This document shows, one piece after another, positions 1 to 14,197 of a stretch of 64,000 bases of DNA (the stretch's first letter is position 1; each line of letters opens with the position of its first letter). A model generated the notes under the pieces. It was not told the origin of the DNA. It saw only the letters and a list, made by a program, of their open reading frames with translations, and ran no database searches. The position numbers and the translations under genes were made by a program. The stretch is from Tubulanus polymorphus (lineage: Eukaryota > Animalia > Nemertea). Location of the stretch: NCBI RefSeq assembly GCF_964204645.1, contig NC_134027.1:11874485-11938484 (forward strand), in the 5' to 3' direction.

Positions 1-2384
1 TGCCCATTTTTTCATCAGGCGCTTATATTCCCTGGCAAATTTAATGGTCACGATCAAGCAAAAAAATACGCTCGTGTGCCCCTGGTTTAAGATTATCTGA
101 CATGAAATTCGCTTCTCAAAACTTGCGAGTTTCGCTTCTCTTAAATCCGGCTATCCCACCAGATGGCGTGACGTACCGTCGGTCTTAGTAGTTCGCATCG
201 ATCTCAATGAACTGGATTCCTAATTCGAAATGTCAGTCGAGCGACTTCTACTCGATGTTTGGGATGGTATCGATTGAGATAGTTGATTGGATTTTGCGGT
301 AGTGAAGACCGAATAAGTGGGCTTCTTGCTAAAACCTGGCGGGGCGGTGACTTAATCTGTTTATGAACATATGTATTGATATGGAAATTGGGTAATAAAT
401 GTGCACTTACGACGAAATTTCTTTCTTTAGTAGTTATCATTGGGTTTTTACATGGACTCGGCGCTCAGTTTCTAATGGTGAATAGATCTACACTCATTAC
501 ACTGTGGAACTGGAATTTTGACTGAGGGAGGGGGCAAAAGATCTGATGCCTGTCGTCAAGGTGGCCACTTACCAGGGGCCGGTTTTATAGACGGGTATTA
601 ACTTTTAACCCGGGGGCTTACTCAATTGATAATGAATTGAGTTAGCCAGCGTGTTAAAGGTAATACCAGTCTATAAAACCGGCATCTGGAAATTAGGGAC
701 AATTTAGGGAATTTTCTCTAAAAAAAAATTTGGAGATATTTTTGTAAAAAAAGGTAAGAACTAGGGATACACCGGGAAAATATGTTGAGATTGCAAGATC
801 GCATGTAAAATCAAACAGTTTCTGTCTACTACGTTGTATATATTCGACTAAGTTAATTCATTGGATTCTTAGCGAATTGCGTCAGGAAAAACACAACACG
901 CTTGTTGATAGTCGGCAAGTCAAATAAAACCGGCCACCCTGCTAGTATTTGGCATAATTTTGAAAAAAAATGTATCATTTATTTTTTCTGAGCATCTAGT
1001 GATTCTGGAAAAGTTGACTGGGAATAATTTGCCACTGTATGTGTAATTTTTATGTGTGATTCTTTAATAAGTGTATGTGTAATTCTTTAATAAGCGAGGT
1101 TGTGTGAAAAAATAGGGCCGGATCTGCTTCCCCCTTGGATCCGCCCTTGGATCCTGAATTACAATCAATGTAGGCATTGTATTGAGTAGACTGTCTTCAA
1201 GAATGATTTTCCTAATCGCTTTCTGTCCATACTGCCGAGGTAACCAAAAAGCATTAACTCAGGACCCAATTTCTTGGTTGAAAATGACGTAATTCATTTA
1301 CCGGTATTTCCAATGTTTTAACCGCGTGGACTATGGAAACCGGGATATTTTGAATTTGTTATAAAAACCTAGAAGCACCCCAATGTGTTTGCTGGAAAGA
1401 GATTTGGTGTTAGTTCGGCATCAGAAGAGGGAACGATTATTTGTGAGTTAATCTGACCATGGAATATAAACGTCATTTGTTATTTTCTTACGAACTGTCT
1501 GGATAAGAACTTACTGTATGGGGCACAATGTAAAAATAGTGTCACACACATGTTTTTATCCCGATTTCTATCTTTTTAATCTAAAAATATAAATTTATAA
1601 ATCTATGAACAAAAACAAAAAATAAATGAAAAATTTTCAAATAAATCTCTGAAGATGGGTAGAAGTAATACTCCCGAAACGTCGGAATTGAAATAATAAC
1701 AATTGTTTTTTAAATTCATATTGGGTGAAACAACTATGAACTACAGGTCTTTGTGAGAAGAGGCTGCAAATCGATATATAAAACGTTTTTTTGAAACTAA
1801 CGTTTCGGGAATCGTTAGACTGATAGGAAACATTCAGACTTGTAGACTGGTTGTTTTGATCGCCGGGATTGTTATTCGAAATTTGATCAAAGCAAAAATG
1901 TTGCAAAAATATGCGCTTCGCCTCGCTCGCTCGTTGCCTTGGGTCGAAAACAACACAAAATCTTTGTTCATCTTAGCTACACAACTTTGCAATATGCAAA
2001 CGGGTTTATGTTTACAGCTAGTTTGTGGAATCATATTGCTAGCATTTGTTTTCACAGTTTTTCTGAATGTGAGATATTTGTCTTTTCCATTAGCGAGCGT
2101 TTAAATGCTGTTTTCTTATTTATGTGCGCTATTATGATTTCTATTTTCGTTTGCGACTTGAAACGCGTTTGCATCTGTAGATCGGTGTTTATTTAAAATC
2201 TGATACAGCGGTCGGTGTTGCAGACAACGACATTTCGTCGATGGAAAGATATTCGTAACAATACCACCATGGAAGAAGAAGGTGTGCAGCTCTAGATCGA
2301 AAGGATTCGACCAAAAATGCGTATTTTCTACGCGGGAACGATTCGTTTTTTTTTCTATACGAAGTTCATTTCATGCGGGTATCA

Positions 2385-2673
2385 CAGGCCCGTGCCCGAG
2401 CCGAGTGGGGATTCGGGGTTGCGGACGAACCCCCTAGAATTTTCAACGTGCCCTTCAAAGTCAGTACAAAAAATTTAGGTCAAGATTTTGCGAAATTTTG
2501 GTGCAATTTTGATGATTATTTTTTCAATGAAAAGCAATCCATTCTCAAATGATTTATTCAGGTACCCGGGTAGTTCATATTTTAGATCTGTCATGTATCA
2601 ATAGAAAAGTGCCCCTTTTAATGGTTAAAGTGCCCTTTTTCTTGAAAACTGCCCCTAAAAAATCTCCGCCCTG
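2385..2673. mobile_element. CAGG..CCTG MITE with 5-bp TSD
   Basis: TATCA duplicated at 2380-2384 and 2674-2678. Confidence 0.6.
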
Positions 2674-4086
2674 TATCAATCAGTAGCTTGGATATTTGAC
2701 ACTTAAGGTTTAAAGAGTTTAAAGAGTACCTTTAGTTTCTCATGATCGGCCGGGTCATTTTGTAAACTGCAAGTTTGTAATTAAGTTTGTAATCAGTTCA
2801 TTTTAGCTGCCGGGTCTGTTATGGTTAGCTTTTAGATAACAATTAAAAAGAAAAATTTACAGACTCGATATGCGGCGGGCCAGGTCAACTTTTAAGCTCA
2901 GTAGAAATGAGAAACAAGGTACATGTAACAATATTTTAGAATGATCACCATCCTTTTAAATGTTGATCGACAGGCTTTACATTTTGTTCGCTCCGTTTTG
3001 ATTGGAAAATTGCTAACAATATCAAACGCCCGGAAATTTGTGCATTTTATCCACGCACCAAACTTTCAAAAGGTGATAGTCCAGACTTAACACTTCACAT
3101 ATGAATATCTCGATTGGATGGTTCCAGGCAGACGGATATCTGCGATTAGTGCATTCAGGGACTTTCGGTTCCGGAAAGGAACAACTGTTTCTATACATCG
3201 GCGATATTCAACATGATTTATTTGGCGCGGTGGTGGTCGATTTTATTCCAAAAATCATTACGTCTTCTTTTTTGGCCTTTAATGTAAAGGCCTTCTGACA
3301 AATTAGAAATCATCACTGACGGTTCTTCTCTGAAACGCTGGTGCAAAACGTGTTCCGCGTAACTCTATCTATTTATTGTCAAACAAGCTTATTTTCCGAG
3401 TACACAACTTTTCGAAACTTGCCACACAACCCTGATCTATGAATGCAAATAAACCAGAAATGGACAGGCTATATCGTATAGGATTACACCTTCATTTTTT
3501 ACCGCCGCGATACGATAGACGAATTGCAGAAGATGTAGCCAATAGATCAATATTTAACCACCAACCTGATATAATGTTTATTGACGCATTGTCTGTATAT
3601 TTCTCAATTCTTCTTTCTTGAAATCTTTGAAAAAATGATAGATTAAGAATTTGAAAATATATGATAAATATACATTCCATTTCATATATAGAACAAATAA
3701 CGAGCCCGCCGTTTTGACGTGTATCGAGGCATTATATCGAATATATTTATGATGTTTTTACATTATTATATATGATATCTGATCTCGGATTATATGTCCA
3801 TATATATCATTATCGATTCTGTATACATTTTTAAACGATCATCAGCTAGATTTGAAATTCAAAATGCATTACAATTACATGATCCGATTTTATACCAACG
3901 GACAGAAAATCGTGTACTTTTTTTCGGTACTTTGCCGCCGAGATGCCGCGTGACCGGCTAAAAGTATCAGTTTTCCACGTCACATGCATGACGACCATCC
4001 ATCAATTGGGGACTCTTCGCAAAAAAGTAGAACAGAGATTTTGTATACTTAGGTATGTTAAGGGACCGCCTGTTGTGGAAGTAACG

Positions 4087-4976
4087 TGGGTGGTCTGCGC
4101 TAACACAAAACATTTTGATTAAAAGAAGCACCACTGACTCCTGGAAATAACATATCATATTCTCAACGTTCCCCCCTCAAGCGCGTGTCTCAGAAATGTT
4201 CAGAAAATTCCCAGAAAATATTTCATTTGTCAAAAGTATTTTTTACGGATCCCTACGAGGAATCACAATCGACTAGCGAAGAGTTTTGTGAAATATACAA
4301 AATTGGTGGGTCGTAGATTACAGGAATGGATATATTCCCCGACCACATCACGGGGCGTCGCTAGGAATTTTTAAAGGGGCCAGAATTAAAACAGCGGAAA
4401 TATATGTATGCCGTGTTAAAATACCATACTTTGTACCGTCGAGCGCCGAAGGCAAACGAGCATTTCTGAAACCTTGAACGTTCATAAATAATCATCATTT
4501 TTTAAATTCGAAGCTTGAAAGGCAAAATACTGTATATAAAATACGGAAATTAGATTTTAAAAGAGGAGTCGTCCGCACCTCTGGACCCCCTCTGGCGACG
4601 CCCGCATGCATCATTCTTTAATTGTTAAGAATATTATTTTGCATTCATCCACATAAACTGATTGTTTATATACGTTTATGTAGGGGAGTCACTTCGGAAG
4701 AATTGTCGAAATGTTTTCCAACCTAAACATCGCTGGTGTAATAACGGCAAAGTGGCGCATAAAAATTTCAATTTTGCGGATCAATTAACAAGTCGTCAAC
4801 GTTTATAATCACAATTGACCGCGGTCGATGCGGCATGGCGCTCGGGAATAAACTTTCAAAATACCAAATACGTTCACTCGGTGTAAACTGTTTACATAAA
4901 ACAATGCTCAGTTTATTTTAACAACAAACTTAATTGAGGTTGGAAACGTTGAAGAATTATCTACACAGACCACCCA
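4087..4976. promoter_or_regulatory. Candidate distal enhancer (GLI plus forkhead sites) 3' of FoxL1
   Basis: TGGGTGGTC 4087-4095 and GACCACCCA 4968-4976 (both exact GLI consensus); palindromic forkhead-type site TGTAAAC-T-GTTTACA 4882-4896. Confidence 0.45.
4351..4608. mobile_element. MITE with 5-bp TSD
   Basis: TIR GGGCGTCGC..GCGACGCCC; CATCA on both flanks. Confidence 0.65.
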
Positions 4977-5398
4977 GAATCGACGAAAACAGACACGACG
5001 ACACTTTAAACGAAACCGAACGGTCCCCGCCTGCCACCGCAGGCTCTAAAGCGTCTAGCGTCGGTTGATTGCACACGCTGTTGCATTGCGCGTTGCGTCG
5101 GCGGGAAGTAGCTAGTGCGATTGTTTTCACGTTGCCAAAAGATAATACGGTATATTTGATAACAATAATCTCGGTTTGAAAGTTTTTTCAGTAATTTTTT
5201 GTTGAATAGTAACATTTTCCACGATGCCTTACCGAATGCTTTGCCCAAACCAACGGCAATGGATTGGAGCAATAAACCGTTTTTGAATTCTTTTCGATTT
5301 TGAGGTTGAAGAATATCTAACCTGCGTTGTAGTATTTTCATTTTCTTTTTGATTAAGCCCTGTCAAGTCGATGTCACTGGAAGACTGGTATTAATCTC

Positions 5399-5688
5399 CA
5401 GGGGCGGATCCAGGGGCATGTTGTGACCATGTCGACCAATAAAAAGGGCATATATTCTTAATTTAGGGCGGAAAGGCATATCAGCAAAATTTTTGAAATT
5501 TTACTATCATTTTAGAGCTTTCTGAGCATCCCTGAGAGGCCAGTCAAGAAACATAGGTTATATATTTAGGAAAAATATCTTTTGTGTATCTCAGGTGGTT
5601 ACAACGGCAAATTTTGATACAGAGAAAAAATAAAAAGGTACTTTAAAATTCCGACAGTGTCGGGCGACACGGTCTAAATCCGCCCCTG
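5399..5688. mobile_element. MITE with 5-bp TSD
   Basis: TIR CAGGGGCGGAT..ATCCGCCCCTG; ATCTC on both flanks. Confidence 0.75.
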
Positions 5689-8600
5689 ATCTCAGTATTT
5701 AGAGTTAGCAAATAAAAACCCAATATCGAAGCATTTATTTCTATTTCATATATTGTATCATTATATAATATTAACTGTGGGTTTTCACTTGTTAAAGTCA
5801 ATGTCTTATTACTTTTATTTTCAATCAAGCTCTAAATAAAGTCGATATCTTCTGTCTTTACTACTTTCAGGAATCGTCACCTCCTGGCAACATCGACAAC
5901 ATGAATTCGAATATCGGTGTGGCTTTGTCTAGGTTGAAGTACGAGCTTTGACGTAAGTGTACTCAATCTTTCGAATGTTTCATTTTTGAGTGCGCATTTT
6001 CAACAATCATTCGGCGATGTTTGGCCTAGAAAAAATGACATTTGGAAGTTTATAAAAGTAGTATTTATATTATGTATTTCAAAATAAAAATTACAATGCC
6101 TTTAAATATTTATAACAATGCATTACTGTACACATAATGATGTTGTGGAGAAATCAAGTGATCTGTCAAAATACGGATCTTGATGTATAGGCAACCTATG
6201 TATAGGCAACAACTTTTGAATTTAAAAAAGGTGGACATCGATCTCAAATCTTGAAAGAAACTTTCATTCAAATACTTTTATGAGTAACGTTTCCACTAAA
6301 ATAATAGACAAAAAAGAATCTTTCGTACTTCCAATCAAAATTATACGATACATAATTAGTTAGCAACGTATTACAATGAAGAGCAAAAATCCCACAATAA
6401 ATGAATTGATCTAAAAAGATTATTTAAGAAATTAGAAATATTTCCGGAGGTTGCTACCACCCTAATTTCGTACGTACTTTTTTGGCAAGTCATTTTAGAC
6501 TGTAGACAGGGTGGCAGCAACGACACGAAATATTTCAAATTTGTATAGATAATCTTTTTAGTTTTAAATCGATTCATTTATTTTGGTATTTTTACTCATC
6601 GTTTTATCACGGATATTGTGATCCTCAACTAATTCATTACAATGGAATGCGAGTCGCCTTCAGCGGAAAATCGTTTCTCGGTGAAATATATGTAGTTCAC
6701 TGCGAAATCACTCGGCCAACGGGTGGTATTTAATTGTGATATCATGGCTGTTTGGTTTTCGATTTACCGAGGATTCTTCCTATAGCTACACCGGCAAACA
6801 TTCGATCGTTCGGCGCTATTTCGCAAAAGAGAAACGTTTCAAGCGACTTTATTTTGTTTCAAAGCAAACTTATAGAAATTGTATTTAAAGCAAACACGCC
6901 ATTGAATGGAATATTGCTTTTATTTTCATTGTCAATGGAGAAAGATTATTTTTTGCTCCGGGCTTTTATTTGATCAAGCAACATGCGGTTAATATAGACA
7001 AGATCCGGAGGCTTCCTTGTTGACATATGTTTTAGTCCAAAACGACCGTTTTCGTATCGAAGCGGTGCTTTTTGTGATTTGTGTATCGAGGGCAAATCCC
7101 CTCAGAAACATCTTAAAACGATTCATTTAGTTAAATCTCATCTGACGAGAAAGTGGGATATGTAGCCGGATGTAGAACATTATGACGTAATTGGTATACA
7201 AACAGTTGTCATGCGCTTAAATTAAGTTATGTGTTTTTTTAGGTTGGCCAATATTTCAGCATCTATGCGGGATGAAATTGATTTGATTTTGTTTTCTCTT
7301 TGTAAACAACAGCTATATACTGTGCCGTCGGCGAGAAATAATGTCAATCGTTTTTAAAACGATTGTCAGATATTCTGTTTACATTTCAATTTTTGATATA
7401 TCTTAAGTGCCGGGTCTTAATGGAGACTAAAGATGATACACTCAAAACGCAGATGTCAGAAAAAGAGGAACGTTTCTATTTAGTCCACTCGTTCGCAGGG
7501 TTTACAACGACAACGGGACGGTTTGGTCGTTGAAATCGCTGTGAAAACGGCAAATTTCCATAAACAATTGTCTCCGCCAAAAGGGCGCGTTATTTTCATT
7601 GTTGAAAACGCGTCATTCAACAACGTTAAATCAGGGATGTGACTGACTTGGATGGTGCTCAAATCTTCGAATGGCTTACACTTCGCTTTGTAAGGAAAAA
7701 AACACACAAATCAGATGTTTAAAGTGTCAATGTATTTACATACGCACAACAGAAATGTGTGAAGTTTATTACAATTTTCGCGAACGTCGCTCTTGACAAA
7801 TATTTTTCAAACTCAGGCGAACGAAATTAGCGATTCGTTTCATTCCGGTAGATAATATATGCTTCAACCGTGGGCTCTAACCGTTTTAGAGTGCATATGC
7901 TTCAAGCGATCAACTCGAACACAGTCAGAGACAAAGTAGAAAGATTAACAGATATTATGAATTCTTCCGTTGGCTATATACATGTCAGGATAATGTTACG
8001 TGATACGCATATTAATGTCGTTTCTTCCTTGCTTATCCATTTCTTCTCTCCATCGTATTTCCTTTCTTTTCTGGGACTGCTTTCATTTCTGTGAGGCAGC
8101 TTTCATTTCGCAGAGCTAACTGTAGCTTCAAAACAGTCCTTCATCTGATATTTTTACATTTTTTCTAAATTTCTAATCTGTTTATTCATTAATTTTGTAA
8201 GCATTTCATATGAAAATATCATATCATATTCTAATGATATGAACGAGCTATATATAACGTGGTTTATTCATTTTCGGTTGAAAAAAAAGAATCCATTTTA
8301 CTAGTCATATATTCTTATAGATTCTTGCTTTGATATACGTACGTGCCCCAGAAACATGCGAATGAGTAATGTTCTAACGTGGTTGCAGGCCCGAGTCGAG
8401 CTTTTGTGAGGAGCACTTCTATTTCAAGAAAAAGGACACTTTTTCACTGTGGGCAATATCCTATCTAAAAAAGACAGATCTTAAATACGATTCTTTCGAT
8501 AACGTAAACTTAATTTTTAGTCACCCGAGCCAACATGGATTTCTTTTCATTTTTCAGAAAGATGAAAACTGTATCAAAATTTCGAAATATCTCGATCCGA

Positions 8601-9521
8601 TATTTCGGAGGGCTGTTGTATGGGGTTCGTTCGCTACCCCTGAATTCACCCTGGGTACACGGGGCCTGATGTGCATATATTCTATACAAATGGCCTTAAC
8701 TTCACAAACATCGCTGAGAAACGCAACATTTCCATTCTTGTCCGCGGAAGGTAAACACACTCGTTCGCCAGCATTTTAGGTGTGATATAAAAGCACTTGT
8801 ACATGTATTAACCGTATTTTGAAATAACTGCCAAGAAAAAAGTTAAACGTAAGAGCTCGCGGATACATTCAGAAAATCGTGTCAAAAATGTTTAGAATAT
8901 GCTTTGTCGCGTTGAAAATATATATACGATATGCATGAGAACAGTGTCTATGCCTGTTTCATTTGTGAGTATACATGTATCTTTTAATAAAAGCCGCTTT
9001 ATTTTCACGATAGTCACTGCGGTGTCAGTCGATCTGACGTGCTGGTATAGCTCACTGGAAATCGTTGTGTATTTATTTTACAAATACCGTGGTTCTTCTT
9101 TACAGGAAAACGCCATCCTCATTTCCGCGGAAATCGACGAATTTATCAATATGAATTGTGTTTGTTCAGTGACGGGTTATGTTTTGAAGTGAACAGTGTT
9201 TGGTTTATTTCTGTAACGTTCCTCCGGGCCGATGGCCATAGGTCGTGGTATTTTTCGGTATCTATTGTTGATTTTAGCATCTGCGGTTGTCTCGAGGTTA
9301 CCGAGAAAACATATATATATCACAACAGCTATACAAGCATTAGCCTAATAAGGAACAGGATAGGTTCGTATTAACGATTTGCATCATCATTTCTGATTAG
9401 ATATCGCGTGATTTATAGTCAAATCGTAAAATAACGTTATAGTAGAACGCGATGAACCCAAATGAAGCCTAAACAAGAATCGTTAAAACAATTTTTTATC
9501 TGACTCTCAGTGACCAACGTT

Positions 9522-9805
9522 CAGGGGCGTCACTAATATTTTCTAGAGGGGGGGGGGGGGGGTAAGAATTGATAAAAGCGGATCTATGCCATATATAGTT
9601 CGCACTGTATCCGCCGAGTTCCGAAGGAAAACGAGCAAATCTGGGGCTGGTTATAATACTATAGTATCAACTTTAACTCGATTCATTTTCAATTGAGTTA
9701 AGGGTTTAAAGTTGATTTTCTATAAACTGGGCCCATGGACTGGGCCCCCGGAACATGGACTTGGAAACTGGGGATTGACCCCCGACCCCTCTAGTGACGC
9801 CCATG
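9522..9805. mobile_element. MITE with 5-bp TSD containing a nested smaller MITE (about 9641-9735)
   Basis: TIR CAGGGGCGTCACTA..TAGTGACGCCCATG; ACGTT on both flanks; interior related to 4351-4608. Confidence 0.7.
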
Positions 9806-11477
9806 ACGTTAGATACCTCGGTCCAAGAATGACGATGTGCACATATGCATATGAAAATTCATACACATTTTGTATCATTTCATATCAAAGCCAATTTCTA
9901 ATTTCGACCAATCGAGTTGTATTTGTTTAATTCTGAAGATGTCACGACCTTTTAGTGTTGATTAGTATAGCTGTGTATTTGAGTTATCATTGTAATAGAA
10001 GATGAAGTTTAATCCCTACCCGAAATGCGAGCTATTTAACACCTAATATTGGCCATTCATCTACATTAAACAGACCCTTGAGTACCGTTTATCAAACACG
10101 GGCAGATGGCTTAGTTTGTAATCCATTTTCACGAAAACAAACTTTTCCCGAAGAAACCGTATATGATCGGATTCTGAAAAGAAATGACAACATTTCGGCG
10201 TTACTATATGCACAAGACGCTTCGTCGACAGCCAAATTCCCATTTAGTTTTTGCTCACTGGACAATAAGGATATGTAAGCAATTCGTCAAATAAAATCAT
10301 GATGATTTCAATCATATCTTATGGGTTGAAGGGAAGAATAGCCATACACTCGATGAATAGATAATATAATCAAAACCCAAAAGAATTTTACCATCGAAAA
10401 ATTGAAATGACGATATAGTCAGTAGTGAAAGTCCGAAATGCCGGTCTTTTCCATTCGTTTTTTATCTTGAATTGGCACAAAGAGGATTTTGATTGTGTTG
10501 AAGTTATAGCAGTCACAGATTGAAGTAAAAGTATTTGATTTATTTATTACTCATCGTACAAACTGGTCTGACGGGAAACATAAGTATACAAAAAAATTAC
10601 CAGGTGGCAGTCTACCGGAGACGGCGGAAAAGACTATGGAAAAAGGATTTTTTATAAATCGTACAAATAGGGTTCATTTTCTGATAACTAAGGTTCGGTG
10701 GGCCTGAGATCCAATCGTTATCCTATAGGCCTATTTATTTTGAAACGTCGGAGATGATAATACGATATCATCATCAATATGATACGTTTGAGATATAGAA
10801 TATCTCATAGTGTATCCCAGCCCCCACAGCAATCCGACGAGTACATTATCTAGTTTTAAACTTTTATGGACAAAATATGTTATCAGTTTTGTTTTAATAA
10901 TGGCTCATATACAATTGCGTGCGGAGGGTCACGTCCTTAGAAGTCACCATAAACTCCGGAACGAAGAAATAGTTAAAGAGAGATAACCAACCGTTTACAA
11001 GCTGACAACCTTCGATCGAAAACTGCGTTTCGCGTATAAAACACTCGCTGGGAAAGTTTAGCTTTGTTATTCCTTCGTCACGATAAAACAATACACTGTT
11101 TTGACGCGTCGAAAAATGACCGAATGTTTTCTCCTTGATAAGATCGCTTCGGCGTATATACTGTCGCATAAACAATTGCGGTATTGCGATTTACACGACA
11201 GTGATAATAAATTTATGCGTTTATCTTCTATTCACGTTGCTTATACAACTTTCGTTCGGCCAAACAGGTTTTTACATAAACATTACACCCGGCAATTTGG
11301 CGGAGTTTGCCACCACCCGGATCGGCTCGAATATAAATCACGATTACAAATTGTTTTAAAATATGTATATATACATACGAGTCATAATAAGTATTAATTA
11401 TGCTATAAGCGCAGACGTAAATATTAAACTGATCCCATGAAAGTATGTTGCGATAATGATTTTCTGAAATAATGAAA

Positions 11478-11741
<264 letters not shown>

Positions 11742-11840
11742 GCTGCTGTCAGAAAACTGAAAAAAATCATGATGTTGGATTTGATATTTCGATATCGATT
11801 ATGATTCTTCATTTCCTACATGCCGTTTTCGTGTCGCATG

Positions 11841-12099
11841 CAGGGGTGGATTTAGGAGGTGGTCTCGGGGGTCAGGACCCCTTCACATCGGGGTTACCCT
11901 TTTCTTCAAGACACAGAAATTGTAAATCCTGCAAATCTGACTCTTATCCGATCTCTGTATTTCTTGAAAAATATATAATACCGAGTGTTGGGCGCCACTT
12001 GACACTTGGCCTTTGACCGCTTGGCTGCTTTTTCCGAGCAGTGCGTTTTCTTTTCTTATAGACCCCGGCAACCTTTTAAGTCTCCTAGACCTGCCACTG
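11841..12099. mobile_element. MITE of the CAGGGG family
   Basis: CAGGGGTGGATTTAGGAG..CTCCTAGACCTGCCACTG; flanks GCATG/CCATG. Confidence 0.55.
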
Positions 12100-13496
12100 C
12101 CATGGCGAGATTTGGAACTTAGAAAAACTGCGGCATCAAGTCAAAACCCACGCTAACTGCTTATAGATTCAAGTTTAGTTTAGAATTTGACTTGAATTTA
12201 ACACTAGAAACGATGTTATTTTTATACGAGAAATGTTGTCCAGATCAACAATAAAATGTATGGTCTATTCTGTTTGCTGGTAAAAAAAATTGCGTAGGTC
12301 TGGAATTTCTAACCTTCTGTCCGCTCCAGCCAGCCCAGCACCTGCCGCATAAAGCCCAATCCCGCGGGCGCTATCGAATACCCACGCGAATCCCTCTATA
12401 AATATGTCTAAATCATTGTTTGGGAGAATTTGATAAAATCTTGAAGAATTTGAAACTTATTGCCTCATTTCACCAACATAGACGAACCGTTTAGATTAAC
12501 GTGGACAGTTCCTGGAGAGCGTGCTTTGATTTTGGATCGAGTTTAATCGGTATCGTTTGGCTTAAAATCGATGAATGACCGGCGCGAGTCTGTCCAAACA
12601 ACGCCCTTAAACGGACGTTGTTTTTACAGGATTTCGGATGTTTAGACCACAATATGTCTTGTTTAATGAACCGCACAAATGATTTGAAATTCACACGTCG
12701 CAACCGAGAATCGAAATTCTAACTCTCGCTTCATTACGCAACAAGAATAGCATGTTTTCAACACATCATCAAGGCTACATTTAGTTTCTAAAGATATTAT
12801 AAGGAAAGGGAACTTTTAAGGGCCCTTGAAGGTAATTCAACCTAATTAAACACTGCTTACGATCGTCGTTGTATCTATTGTGGCCATATTTAATTCCTGC
12901 TCGAGTCAACAATGGCCGATCTTCTGTGCTTCTTCTCGTGGCATTGTTGTATGAAACATATGCCATTATTCGCCTGATCAACCCGAATGCCCGATCCTTC
13001 GCTTTTTTCTTGATTGTCCTTTCATCTGAAACTTTTATCGAAAAGACCCTAAAAGGATTTAGAATTTTGCGCATCGAATTCTTTTTGGCGAAAAAGGGCA
13101 TTCATTAAGTGTAGTTCTTCGAAGCTATTTACGTTTTGATTCCTGTTTTCTTGTGGATATTTGTGTATTCATTCTAAATGGACGATTCGCAAAGGAACAA
13201 GTATTGACTTCCTTTTCGGGATCTTCATTTAGTCGAAAGAAAATAAAATGCTTAGGAAAAAACTGTTGATGTGCGATTTTAGAGAAAGAATTTCTCCTCT
13301 GTTATACAGCAAGAGTGTATCTATACTCACGTAAGAAATTCTCGAATCACGCCACAAAACCCTCTTCATATCTACGTAACATGTTCCTTGAAAAAATATG
13401 TATCCAACTTATATGTACGCATTGACTTTGGGAAGATAATAGAATCTCAGAGAAAACTCGCTTTTCAAATATACATAAATATATATAACACTGCAC

Positions 13497-13502
13497 TTTA
13501 TT
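13497..13502 (-). terminator. Candidate polyadenylation signal of FoxL1
   Basis: AATAAA on the minus strand about 700 nt after the stop, at the end of an AU-rich 3' UTR-like stretch. Confidence 0.45.
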
Positions 13503-14197
13503 ACGGAATTAATATTATATTATATTAATATTCAATACATGTATACTTATCATTAGTTTCTATTTACATTAATTTAGTTATTTATCGCGTCATTTCAAAG
13601 AAAATCTCCGACTGAAGGTAGAATGCAACAATGATATGCATCACACTATAAACAAAGGTATAGATAGGTATTACTCATAGCGAGTCGAATTATGTATATA
13701 CCTCGCAATATTGAAATGAATGAAATTGCTACCTATCATACTTACAGACAACATCTTTCACTTAAAAGGATAATATAAATTAGTAAATTGCACAAAAACT
13801 TATTTCTTTTTACACGATCTTTTAAACATAGAAGTAAAAAATACAGCAAGTTCTAATAAATTCATTCCAAGTGACATGATAACCTTCGCGGTATTGTTAA
13901 ACTTTTTAATGATGTGACTACTATAGCTGCTCCGCTGTTCTTACAATACAATTTAAAGGAATCATATGCTCCATTTATCCACAGTTCATACATATATATC
14001 TACATGTATATACTAAAAAATAACTCACATTTTATCATTCTCCGACTTTCCATCGTCCACTACAACGACAATTACTTGAATGCTTTTTATTTTACGATGT
14101 ACATCAGAGTATACAGTCGAAACAAAATCGCTCGGATGAGAATGTCCATTATCAATCCATTGGAAATCTATAGTACATACGATAATATTGGCTTGAT

